From Octopus sinensis (Eukaryota), in the NCBI RefSeq assembly GCF_006345805.1, contig NC_043004.1, forward strand, positions 52,266,001 through 52,330,000: a DNA stretch of 64,000 nt. The letters are read 5' to 3'. A program made the translations under genes and the position numbers. How positions within the stretch are numbered: position 1 is the first letter of the stretch; each line of letters opens with the position of its first letter. The notes under the pieces were generated by a model. The model worked only from the letters and a program-made list of their open reading frames with translations. It did no database searches and was not told the DNA's origin. Positions 26,986 through 39,055 of this stretch are shown one piece after another.

Positions 26986-28559
26986 ATATATATATTACTA
27001 TGAAGTATTGTGTAGAATATATTGTATAAAATATGTGGGTAAGGCCCAAAAAATGCGAAGTAAATGCAAAATAAATCACAAGAAAACAAATGTGTAGATT
27101 AATGTACACTTGTATTCAATATTTCGGGGTTGTGACCCCATTTTCAAGATATTCACGAATGTTGCCGCGTCAAAGTTTTTTCATAAAATGTAGTCGCATC
27201 TGAAAGCTTTAATTTAGCATTTAATTTGGCAGTAGTTGTTGTCGAGGCCATTTAGTCTAGTGGTTAGACCGCTCAGCCCCTATCGATTCACTTAGCCTGC
27301 TGCTGGTAAACTATTGCCGTCTTATAAGGGTAAATACACAATTATTCTCTGCTGTTCTTACAGTTTTACTGTGTTCAAAATTTACTTTCTCCTATATATC
27401 TACACATAGTATATACATATATTATACCTAATGCAAGATATATATTCCTGTCTATAGTCTATACACACAATTTCGCACATATACCACAGAAAATCCGTAT
27501 GAATAAATACAGAATTTGTATTAGAATTAATGGCAATTATAGCACTTTTGAACTTTACCATAAGGCCATGAATTTTAATTGATCCTGTAAGGTTACTGCA
27601 ATAATAATAATAATAATAATGAACCTTTCTTCCTGACTCACAAGGCATGATGCTTTGAGATAAGGTTAAGTTGATTACATTGACTGCAGTGCTCAAAACT
27701 TTTATCGACACCAAAAGGATGAAAGGTAAAGTCGACCTCGGTGAATTTGAACTCGGAATGTAAAAACACACGAGATGCCGCTAAATATTTTCCCCGGCCT
27801 GCTATCGTCAACAGTGTCTACAAAATAATGACATTTTGTGTAACACTTGAAACCGTCATGGAATTTGAACTCAGGACTAAAAGACGGAGGTGATTCCACA
27901 AACATTTCGTCGGGCATGATTGTACCAGCTTGCCGCCGAAATAATAATCCTTTCTGATATAGGTACAAGGCCTTAAATTATAGGGACGAGATTACGATTA
28001 CATCAGAATTCCGTGCTCAACTGGTAATTATTTTATCCACCCCGAAAGGATAAACCATTAACACCCCATTGTTTTAATTTATCACGGGGAAATTGACTGT
28101 TTTCCACTTGACTATTTCTTGTTTATTTTTTAAGGTTTTGTAGCTGTGTATGTTTTCTTTTTGTTGTGTTTGTCTGTTTTTCTTGTGCTTATGTGATTCC
28201 GTTTTTTTTTTGCTCGCTTGCCTATTTTCGTCTTGCGTATTTTCTTGCTTATTACGTATTTTCTTGTTGCTGTAGGTTTTCAGTGAGAGGTTTTGTTGTT
28301 GTAACGATGATAATTTCCACCGAAGTCAGAACAAGATTTGTTCTAACACAACTATTGAAAAAAATTGCTTTCATTACGCAAAGATTTGTATTCAATGCAT
28401 TTTTTTAAAAAATGTCATTATTCCCCGTCATTATCTATTTGGAATTTTTTATTGAATAAACGGTAATACGAAAATACAATTTTTGGTCTTCTTTGGTTTG
28501 TAAATTGAATGCATTTATATCACTCACAAAAAGGGAAGGACGTTTAACTATATTAAATA

Positions 28560-29170
28560 TAATACCATCTTGTTTCTATATCCGTACGTATGTTGATGAA
28601 AAATTTGGGAATTCCAGTTGAAATTGTTTATTTGTTTGGTAACTTTTAACCATGTTAGAGGAGACAATTTAGTGTTAGGGTTATTAGAAACGGAAAGTTT
28701 AAGCAGTGTTTATATAAGTTGACAACAATATCGTTGCTGAAAGTTAGTTTTTTAGAAGATTTGGGCAATGTGGGAGGAATTTTATAAACTGAGAGAGGGA
28801 ATGGTACCAACACCCATGTCTTGAACGCTTTTTACCTATTTTTGAATACATCAGTTTAAAGGTTACAATTTTTCTTCGATAGAATATTCAATACTTGCCA
28901 GGGACTCACTGAAATACTAATAAAATTCTTTAAAAATGTGATTATTATCAGATATATCAGGTAAATCAAACAATAAAATTTTACTAAATTGTTAATAATA
29001 GATCTTTGTTGACTAAATAATTTATGTACATATTTTAAGGACGTTGGGTTTATGGTCACGATAAAAATAACTATTGTTTCTAAGATAGTCATCAAAGAAA
29101 TTTGCAATAAAAGTGTTGTTTTCGATAGTGATAAAGATGCTAATTTCTTTAAAGTAGTGTAGTTCCCCCC
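28560..29170 (-). mobile_element. Old Penelope-like RT fragment
   Basis: ..HKPN..; VNLY; NNFNWNSQIFHQ..RNKM (cf. NNYFTFNxxIYxQxxGTAMGTKM); very decayed. Confidence 0.45.
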
Positions 29171-29364
29171 ACGAAGATTTCTGTGAGTGTGTATGTGCTT
29201 GTGTGAGAAAAATAACGTCGTACTACAAAGCGCATGTGATTACACGATTTAGGTGAATAAGTGTGTTCAGTAATTCGGATGAAGAGAAGGAACACTTCTA
29301 AGCGCAATCAGCTATAAAAACATTGGTACAAAAGAGAGTATGACGACTAGAAAGCAACTGCACT

Positions 29365-29963
29365 AAGGCGGCGAGCTGGCAGACACGTTAGCAGGCCGGG
29401 CGAAATGCTTAGCAGAGATTCGTCTGCCGCTACGTTCTGAGTTCAAGTTCCGTCGAGACCGACTTTGCTTTTCATCCTTTCGGGGACGATTAAATAAGTA
29501 CCAGTTACGCAATGGGGTCGATATAATCGACTTAATCCGTTTGTCTGTCCTTGTTCGTCCCCTCTGTGTTTAGCCCCATGTGGGCAATAAAGAAATAGGT
29601 ATTTCGTCAGCCGCTACGTTCTGATTCCAAATTCCGCCGAGGTCGACTTTGCATTTCATCCTTTCGGGGTCGATTAAAAAAGTACTAGTTACGCACTGGG
29701 GTCAATATAATCGACTTAATCCGTTTGTCTGTCCTTGTTCGTCCCCTCTGTTTAGCCCCTTGTGGGTAGTAAATAAATAGGTACTTCGTCTGTCTTTACG
29801 TTCTGAGTTCAAATTCCGCAGAGGTCGACTTTGCCTTTCATCCTTTCGGGGTCGATTAAATAAGTACCAGTTACGCACTGGGGTAGGTCTAATCGACTTC
29901 ATCCCTTTGTCTGTCCTTGTTTGTCCCATCTATGTTTAGCCCCTTGTGGGGAATAAAGAAATA
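29365..29963 (+). mobile_element. SINE family B trimer
   Basis: Units 29365-29598, 29599-29780, 29781-29963; TSD agaaagcaactgcact / agaaaggaactgcact. Confidence 0.92.
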
Positions 29964-30236
29964 AGAAAGGAACTGCACTTCAAGTATTTGACACAAATTT
30001 ATCCTCCCCAAGAACTAGGGGTACTTCAATCCCAGTGAGTCACATACTAGCATCCTAACAAATGCTGCTGCCCCGGATCAGTTTAGACATGGAAACAATA
30101 TTAGCTAAGTGTTTGTTCTACACTCCTCAAAACACGGACATTCCTGTACCGGGGCCCCACTATCTGATGCAATTTAAAGTCATACTCATGTTCATATATA
30201 TGCACTTGCGTATTTGTGGATGAGTGTATATATAAC

Positions 30237-30290
30237 AATCACTATTGATGATGCCTATGAAATAGGTGAAACTAGTATAGTCTGGTGATT
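30237..30290 (+). ncRNA. Type I hammerhead-ribozyme-like motif (C3U variant)
   Basis: acta-TTGATGA-t-gcctat-gaa-ataggt-GAAAC-TA-GT-A-tagt. All three stems pair; distal aatc/gatt extends stem I. Confidence 0.65.
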
Positions 30291-30480
30291 CTAGAGACGG
30301 TCACTTCTTCTGTCAGTGTATATATATTGCGCTCTTCTTACAGCATGAAGAGATTTTTTATCTCTTATTTTTAGCGGTGTAGGTGATTCGGCACCCCACT
30401 CACATTTAGTGACGATGAAAGTTTTCTTTTATAGTATTATATCGCACCTAGCTGGTTATATTTATTTATATTAATCACAC

Positions 30481-30622
30481 CTGTCCAACGAACAGGAACG
30501 TGAAACTGTGAGTCACAGTTTTTTGTGATATCTTTGCAGCTTTAATTAAAACGCATATAACTCTACCCTCGGTGTTCGAGTACTGTCTCTTCCCTGTTTT
30601 TTTGCATTTATGTGCTTACCCA
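30481..30622 (+). mobile_element. PLE pseudo-LTR-like remnant with degenerate hammerhead
   Basis: ctgt-CCAACGA-acaggaacgt-GAAAC-tgtga-GTC-acag; the downstream tail resembles the reverse complement of 5597-5640. Confidence 0.5.
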
Positions 30623-30624
30623 TA

Positions 30625-30674
<50 letters not shown>

Positions 30675-30677
<3 letters not shown>

Positions 30678-31049
30678 GGATCAAAATAGTTCGATTCCGA
30701 TTCCGTGCTAAGTTTCTAACCCACTAACGGGACTTTTCATCAGGCCAGTGGAATTTCGAATAAATATGGCGGTACAGGAAATTCAAGATTGTACAGACAG
30801 TTGCGCTGCAATTTGTCAAGGAATGTCATGTGATGTCACAGTATTAGTATTATCACTACTAATTTTGCGATATCACTGGGCCTTCCTTGACAAATTGATA
30901 CCCATATCCCTGTAGCCAGCTTGGACTTCCTGCACCCCCATATTTATTCGAATTTCCACTGACCTGAGAAAAAGCCTCGTCAGAAGCTCGGAAACTTTGA
31001 GTAGCACAGAATCCGAATATCCGAATCAAATTGTTTTAATCCGTACCTG
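30675..31049. mobile_element. Fully palindromic MITE, probably Tc1/mariner-pogo type
   Basis: Arm pairs: tacggatcaaaatagtt/aattgttttaatccgta; cagtggaatttcgaataaatatgg/ccatatttattcgaatttccactg; caatttgtcaaggaa/ttccttgacaaattg. Right end is CCTG|TA. Confidence 0.8.
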
Positions 31050-31180
31050 TAACTCTTAATCAATATATTGAGTGCCTTGTCTTCTGGTTCTCCTCATTCT
31101 CTCTCTTTCTCTCTCTCTCACACACACACACATATATACATGAGATATATATAAGACCATGGGTAACTCTCTCTCTCTCT

Positions 31181-31239
<59 letters not shown>

Positions 31240-31509
31240 TTGAGGAACTCTATAAAATTTTGTTGTAATATACATACACACACACACACACATACAGGTA
31301 TATACATATGTGTATGGGTGTGTGTGTATTACAACAAAATTTTATATAGAGTCACCCAAGGTTTCGCACCCAAAGCTAAAGCATTGTGGACAGCTCGTCA
31401 GACTCTACCTGAATACAAAATTTTAAAATGTCTACGTGGCAGACGTGAGTAAACGCTCAGAAGTTGAGGAATACGCAAAAAAACCCCCAAAAATGGTACG
31501 GTCTATTTT

Positions 31510-31660
31510 CCTCATTAACAGAGCATATGATAGCGCAGACATCTGTGATCTTGTCGGACTGTACATCCTGGACACCTTAGGGAAGAGGTTTCCTTCAGTT
31601 CTCTTCGTCCTCTACAGAGATGACGCCATAGACATCTATATGTATCATGGACCCTCTAGT
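31510..31660 (+). mobile_element. Penelope-like RT catalytic fragment
   Basis: AYDSADICDLVGLYILDTL..LYRDDAI (cf. MGSYDGAEICELVGLYIL..GLYRDDGL). Confidence 0.8.
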
Positions 31661-31952
31661 CGTTGGACGACGTATGAGAGTAGGTTTCTTGGTGAACAAA
31701 CTGGACAGACAATTTGCTTAGAGTGATCAAATGTTTCTGCTGTACATTAGACCACTCACTCCATCAAATTGGCATTGCTTGTACAGGTGCACCATGTCTC
31801 ACACATCAGATCTCGAAGAGAACCCAGAGGAACCTAATGTGAAATATTTTGCTTAAGAAAACAACATGCAATCCTGTTCCGGATATCGAAACAGTAATCT
31901 CGCAATTGTGTCTGCATCATAATAATTTACGCTCTCTCTCTCTCTCTCTCTC

Positions 31953-31984
<32 letters not shown>

Positions 31985-31991
<7 letters not shown>

Positions 31992-32272
31992 ATCACGTGA
32001 CCGACCAGACAATCAGATGTTGTTACACATCGCTGGTCACAATGCGTTCGCATTGTTTTCTAGCCTTCGAATGGCGCCACCCGCTGGCTAAGCGAGCAGG
32101 CCAACAGAAGAAAGAGTGGGAGAAAGTTGTGGTGAAAGAGTACAGCAGGGATCACCACCCCCTGCCGGAGCCTCGTGGAGCTTTTAGGTGTTTTCGCTCA
32201 ATAAACAATCACTACACCCGGTCTGGGAATCGAAACCGCGATCCTGCGACCGCGAGTCCGCTGCCCTAACCA
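31985..32272 (-). mobile_element. SINE family C with an alternative 3' tail
   Basis: Head and core match 24430-24590; the distinct tail ends GGTCACGTGATCACGTGA into (TA)n. Confidence 0.88.
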
Positions 32273-34029
32273 TGTAATATATATGGGTATATATGCAAGT
32301 ATATACATGTATGTGTATATGCGTATGTTTGTTAGTGTAATTAGTCACATTTTATTAATTTGTTGTACACATATAAATATAGTTACGTGGAGTTTGATTA
32401 TATAATTCAATTTATTCACACAAATAACATTATATATCTTAATTTGTTTGATATTTAGTGAAGGAAGAATATGGCGTCAAAATGACGCTTATAAATGAAA
32501 GTAAAATGATTAACAGAGCGTGCCTCAGATTATTAAGAGAAATATGAGCACCGGCACCACGACGACAACGACAACCACCACTACTATAAACATGCTAGAT
32601 TGATAGCCATAATTAGGTGAATGTATCAAAACTAATAACGCCAAAATTAATAAACGATTAATTTTAATTATGTTATGAAATGTGACGATTTTGCAAACAT
32701 ATAAGTGACATGAGATTTATATACACGTAAGCAAATCAAGTCAATGGATCTCCGTCGATTTTGAGGGCGAGTGTTCAAATGGTTTCATCAGCCGGAATTT
32801 ATAGTCAACGAATTACGGTCTAAGAATTGGTCAATTCCCTAGTCACTAGTTCACTCAGTGCCATACGTAAGTATTTTTAGCGTCAGCTTGTATGATGTCT
32901 GCGATTTGTCTCTCGATCAGATCAACTAGTGATGGGAAAATAATATCATAATGGCTGTCACTTGCCTTAATTGGGTAAACGGCATTCTTGTGGGTTTTTT
33001 TCTTTTTTTCTCTTTTGAAATGTAAAAATTTAAATTTTGAATCTCAAAATTCACCAACAAAGTGAACATTTTACATCAAACTACACCAACGTAAGCTGAG
33101 CGAGCTGGCTTATTTTGGAAAGAATCCAACAAAAAATCGAACACCAAAAATATTAAACAACAAATTTGAAAGAAAACTTACGAGCCACGAACAAGCGTCG
33201 TTTTTCCAAACAAAGAATAACAGCAATAACAACAGTAGCAACAACAACAACAACTCCAACAAGAACAGCAACAGCAGCAATAATGCCCTGATGCAAGGTT
33301 CTTAACCATAGAAACCATTTTGCACAGAGAGAAAAGGAGTGAGAGAGAGAGGAGAGAGAGAAATGGAATAGCACATAGACACACAGACACAAGCATATAC
33401 ATGTATACTACACACACTAACATGCACACACGCACACGTACACGCGTGCGCACGCACCCACACATTGTTTTTTGTATAAATACGTACACATCACAAATTT
33501 GTACACTACGTATAAGCTTTACGTTCGAAAAGCTTATACTTTTCTTATACCTTAAGTTTTCCTACTGCTGCAACTGTCTTCAACCTCACCAAGTATTGAC
33601 AAGTGAGGACCCTCTGCAGTTTATCTACATATTTTTACGTATCGTATTATTTCTTAACGTAAACATATACTCGGAAATGTAATTCGGATATCTTTATGAA
33701 ATGCACTCCGAATTTGATTTGGCTTCGTTAATTTATTTCCACATATTAGTAGATTCTAAGTAAGAAAAAGTACATACAAGATTATATCCTAATGCTCATA
33801 AAACTGTATATAAAGATATGAACTCTTCATGGAAATAATTCTACAGAATCTTCTGGAAATTTTATCGACTCTAACAAAATAAACTGGAAAATATTGGAAG
33901 AATATATGAAGATTAATATAAAGAAGATCTATTTTCTTCGGCAATAATAACAGTAAAGGTAACAAAAGCAAACAAACAACAATAATGTTAATGGCGATGA
34001 TTATGACGATGATTTCTCATAATTTAAAA

Positions 34030-34058
34030 ATAATAATAATGATAACAATAATAATAAT

Positions 34059-34096
<38 letters not shown>

Positions 34097-34106
34097 TAAT
34101 TAATGA

Positions 34107-34161
<55 letters not shown>

Positions 34162-34171
34162 AATAATAATG

Positions 34172-34203
<32 letters not shown>

Positions 34204-34220
34204 TATGAATAATAATGATA

Positions 34221-34251
<31 letters not shown>

Positions 34252-34262
34252 TATTATTATTA

Positions 34263-34319
<57 letters not shown>

Positions 34320-34320
34320 C
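34030..34320. repeat. Alternating (AAT)n/(ATT)n microsatellite blocks
   Basis: Read directly; self-complementary arrangement. Confidence 0.9.
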
Positions 34321-34439
34321 TAATATAGGCACAAGGGGAGGTGGATAATCGATTGCGTTAACGTCAGTGATTAATGTTACTAATGTTATCTCCCTTGGAA
34401 GGATGAAAGGCCAAGTTGACCAGGAATAGTAATAAAGAT

Positions 34440-34660
34440 AGAAGCGGAGAATTAAAGGCGATATTAAAACTTTGGGTAAAAGTCTGAGTCGTATAGAAGA
34501 ATGGTCCAAAATGCAATGGTAAAATGCTAAAAAATGTGCAAGGGCATATCTTGACGCAAAACACTGAATAGAAAAGAAAAGGTTCAAAACTGTTATCGAA
34601 TCCCTAAAACAACTTGTGTGGGCAAAAAGATTAAAGGTGCAACGCTACACTGATGGCATA
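34440..34660 (+). mobile_element. R4/Dong-like ORF N-terminal fragment
   Basis: KRRIKGDIKTLGKSLSRIEEW..KRFKTVIESLKQLVWAKRLKVQRYTD. Confidence 0.55.
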
Positions 34661-34914
34661 GAGAAAAAGGGGAAGTCAGAAACAAAAGAGGAAAATAATC
34701 GATTAGGGAGTCACATTGGATTGCAAATCCCACTGTATCATATATTACTTGTTCTCGGTGACCCGTTCTAGTTCATTCTCGTACCATTTCCGCGCTCTGA
34801 TCCGTGCTACCGGACGTAGAACGGAACAGAGCGCGTTCTAGAACGGGCAGAAAGAAATTAAGTAGTGGTGGAGCCAGAAGCTTCTACATGGACAGTATAT
34901 ACTTTGGAGTCGAA

Positions 34915-36532
34915 ATACTGATGTAGATCATGCAACAACGCATCAGTAACTGAGAAGTACATGACTGAAAGCAGCAACTGAAGTTTTCATATTAGCGGCA
35001 GAAAATCAGTTTGCACACAAAAATGCCAGTCTAACGTTCTTCAAAACGGTTCTGATCCTAAATGCAGATTCTGTGACACAATTGACGAAACAGTAGACCA
35101 TCTCGTCGCGGGATATCCTATGCTGACACCAAACGAATATAAAACTCTCCACGAGTTATTATCATTATTGCTAATATTATTATTATTGTCATTATTACTC
35201 TGGTATTTTCCAGTCAATAAGATCATTACTAGTTGAGTACTGGGGTCGATGTAATCGACTTGACCCCTTCCCCGAAATTTGAAACTAATATTTCTCTCTA
35301 GGAGGGTGAGCTGGTAGAATCTTTAGCAGGCTCAGCAAGATGCTTAGCGGCATTTGTCCGCCTTTACATTCTGAGTTCAAATTCCGCCGAGGTCGACGAT
35401 GCCTTTTATCCTTTCCAGGACAATAGATTAAGACCAGTTGAGAAGTGGGGTGGCCAAGTAATCAACTTAGCCACTTCCTCGAAATTTCTCACCTTGTGCC
35501 AAGATTTGAAAGCAATGTTTCTTTCAGCTCTTTATCTTCTAATTTCAAATTTAGAAGTGCTTTGTACTTTATCATAACAGGGTTGATAAGTTAAACAAAT
35601 TGGGAAATGTTAAGTTTGATATAAGTGACCGTTCTCACGATCCTCGCAAATTTCTAGCGTTGTTTTTCTCAGGATATGATCAGACATAAAGCAAACACAC
35701 CAGCAGAAATATCTTGATCCCCGTGAGCGATACTACGACCCCGACAACTTGGTGGTAGTCTCGTGTAGTCTGAGAAAGCATGTTCTGCAATTTCTTGCTG
35801 AACGACCCGCACAAGTAATTTATTTATACTGATCAAATGGCTGTGGTGTACATTAACTAACCCTTTCCATTAAATCTACTTGGTCGATTGTGCTGGTATA
35901 CAGTGTACCAAGCGCCAGTTGTTGAAATGTTCACCGAGCAACGTAAGATGAAGTGCTTCGCTCAAGGGCAAAACGCCACATCCAGTCCAGAAAGTGAACT
36001 ACGATATCGTGATTGTGAATGCAGCACCATAAATTTTGCGTCATGCACTCTCAAACTTCTGCAACATAAACAAAGGCGATCCAGGCTAATCGACCAGACA
36101 TCATTATTAAAAGAAAAGGAAGAAAATATTTGTAAACCAGTAGATGTAAGTGTTCTCACTGATAAAAATATATCTGTCAGGGAATTTGACATACAAATTG
36201 AAATTGAAATACAAAAGATGTGGCATCTTAAAACGAGAATTGTTCATGTTATTGTAGGTTCCCTAGATATGATAAGAAAGGGATGTCAGAAACATCTAAA
36301 TAAGATCCCCAGAAGACCATGTCTCAGACAAATTCAAATGATTGTACTGACAAGTACTGCCCACATCCTCAGAGAAGTCCTATCCATTTTAATGTCTACG
36401 TTATATTACATGAAAATATTTCGCTACTTCACCTTGTCATGCTATAACATCTCTTATGCTTCACTCGCCCCAAAACACTGGTTATGTTTCGGCAAGTGAC
36501 TGTAGGAAACATGCAGATTAAAAGTAAAAGAG
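34915..36532 (+). mobile_element. Old R4/Dong LINE 3' region, split by an ~865-bp insertion
   Basis: Left part: LKAATEVFILAAENQ..DPKCRFCDTIDETVDHLV..LLWYFPVN (to about 35219). Right part: IQANRPDIIIK..EIQKMWHLKT..VIVGSL..TAHILREVLS, then 3' UTR and (TAA)n. Confidence 0.85.
35217..36082 (+). repeat. Left arm of near-perfect long inverted repeat
   Basis: Reverse complement of 39673-40537; I saw only one 1-nt indel and one C/T substitution. Confidence 0.97.
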
Positions 36533-36535
36533 TAA

Positions 36536-36579
<44 letters not shown>

Positions 36580-36580
<1 letters not shown>

Positions 36581-37715
36581 TTTTTTTTCTTCTTTCAAAT
36601 TTTCTTCCATTTCTTGCCGAGTGTCTTCCCGACTCCTAGGGCAAAGAAACTCATAGTGTTTATTGGTAGGCCATTAAACCAAACTCAGTAGTTCGTTCAT
36701 TTTTTTTTTTAAAGTTAAATTAAAATGCATGAGCAGCAACAGTTCTCACATCGACAATGCTCTTCTCAATACGTGTGATGTACCAGTTAAGACAATCTTT
36801 TGCACTTCTTGCAGGGATGGTAAGCCAGGGATCATTCTCATATAATTTTCGGTTCCCTTCTTGATCATTCCTAGTGCTCCTACGATCACTGGTATTGTAA
36901 CCGCCTTGAGATGCCACATTTTCTCAATTTCAATGAGTAGGTCTTTATATTTTCTGAGCTTGTCAAACTCTTTCGCTGAGATATTATGATCACAGGGGAT
37001 GCTCATGTCGATCAATAAGCAAACTTTATTGTTTTGGTCTTTCACAAAAATATCTGGTTTATTGGCCTTGATAGTTCGGTCTGTATGTACTGGAAAGTCC
37101 CACAGAATGGTTACATTTTCTCCTTCAGTTACAGCCTCAGGGTGGTGGTTATACCACTTGTCGGCAGTTTTGATATTGTAATGCCGACTTATTAGCCAGT
37201 GGAGATATTGGCCAACTCTGTCATGTCTTAATTTATACTCCACTGGTGCTAAGACTTTACATCCAGAGATTAGGTGGTCCACTGTTTCAATCATGTCGTT
37301 GCAGAATCGGCATTTTGGGTCTGCTCCATTTTTCATCACATTGGCCTGGTAGTTCCGGGTTGATAGGCTTTGGTCTTGAGCAGCGAGGATGAAACCTTCG
37401 CTCTCTGCTTTTAGCCCTGAGCTCCGCAGCCACTGATGGGTTTGCTTCTGGTCAACATCAGCTTGTTTGCTGCGGGTCACATATTTGCCGTGCAGAGGTT
37501 TCTCCTCCCACCTATCAGCCAATTGCTCGTGCGCTTTTTTCATTGCCCTCATTTTCACCTTCTTTGCAACAATAGTTGCCGTACTTCCCTCGGGTTGTTC
37601 AGTTTGGGTATCCTGCACGAGATCAATAGCAAATTTTTTGCTTTCCTTGATGATAGAATGAAGCTTCTTTCGTCTCTCGTGATTTTCCACGAGCTTTAGC
37701 ATCCAGTCATTCGAT
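36580..37715 (-). mobile_element. Young 5'-truncated R4/Dong-clade LINE with uninterrupted C-terminal frame (CCHC plus RLE) and 3' UTR
   Basis: Open frame 36746-37714: LHGKY..LKAESEGFILAAQDQ..CRFCNDMIETVDHLISGC..RHDRV..ILWDFPVHTDRTIKANKPDI..IDMSIP..KYKDL..VIVGALG. A-rich/(TAA)n tail. No RT domain and no true start codon. Confidence 0.95.
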
Positions 37716-39055
37716 ATTATAGGCACAAGGCTTGAAAATTCAGAGACAGGCGCCTGTCGATTGCAAGGACCCAGTAGTCAACTGCTACTTATTTTATCAA
37801 ATCCGAAAACATAAAAGGCAACTCGACTACGGTGACATTTGAAATCAGAACGTGAAGTCAGAAAGGAAAATGTCCACGCTACCAAAAACAAAAACAAAAA
37901 GAGACAAAAAAAAAGGAAAGAAATACTAATTGTTTTTTGCGAGGTAACGATTCTACCAATCGCCGACTCTATATTAGTAGTAATAATAATAATAAAAATG
38001 ATAATAATAATGATAATGATGATGATAATAATAATAATAAGAAGAAGAAGAAGAAGAATGAGATGGTAATGAAGAAATGGAACGAGGTAGGAGAAAAGCA
38101 ATTAGAACAAAAACATAAGCTGGGAAATCTTGCAAAAGCATTTGTCTAAAAAAATGTCTAAGAATATGAAGAAGCAGGAAATTTGTGAGAAGCACAGAGA
38201 ATTGTTGATGTAGATTAAAACGATAATTATATGAAATAACAATAAAACTATATGATTATATCTAGAAAATGCTAATATTCACGTACAAGATACGAAACAA
38301 GCGATAATTTGTGTATTAATTGTCTGCTAACTTCACAGCTTAATTGAAAAAGACCTCTAGATAAGTTTTGTTATGATTGTTTTATAGGTTTTTCTATTGC
38401 TTACTGGAAATATTTTGCTTTCTTCAGATTGTTTTGGTTTGAATCGTGCTTAGAATAACTGCTGTCTGTTGACCAGTCACACACATTTCTCAGTCTTTAC
38501 TACTACGTCTCTCTCTCTCTCCCTTTGTCTATCTCACACACTCTCTCATCCCTGTCGCATACTTCCCATCATAGGCAGGCGCGCACGCACACGAATATAT
38601 TCATGAATATATATAAATGAAAACCTATATTAAACTAATCAATTGCAACATTCCACTACAGTTTTAATATTAATTGAGATATTTTCGGAGCTTCAGCAAT
38701 AACCACAGCAAAGTCAACAACCATAACAACAGCAGCAGCAATAACAAATGTTACAAGAGCAATAATAATCCTTTTTACTAGAAGCACATGGCATAAACTT
38801 TGGCAAGAGGGTTCAAGGCAGTTACATCGTATCCAGAATAGCGGGGGAAACGAGCTAACATTCAATGCTATAGTCAGGTCGTACATCGATAGACACGATT
38901 GGTTTCCTGACGTATTACTTACGTAGCAAGAACTCTTCAATAAAAAGTCAAAATTCTCTAATGCACGGTATTTGAACTAGAATATACAGGAGAGTTTAAT
39001 CACCATCCAAGTATCGAGGACATATTTAACTGCTGGCATTTTATCTTATCTTGTT

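Noticed and set aside
32830-32940. miRNA (minus strand TATGGCACTG, miR-183/263-like seed) or an exon ending at GTAAGT
   Set aside because: Only the seed matches, the fold has large internal loops, and there is no convincing acceptor or reading frame.
35888-36499. 203-aa ORF as a gene
   Set aside because: It is a chance chimera of antisense SINE sequence from the inserted arm and a frameshifted Dong endonuclease relic, with a TTG start.
36746-37726. Host protein-coding gene (326 aa)
   Set aside because: It is the C-terminus of a 5'-truncated R4/Dong ORF; the nominal start codon lies in flanking SINE sequence.
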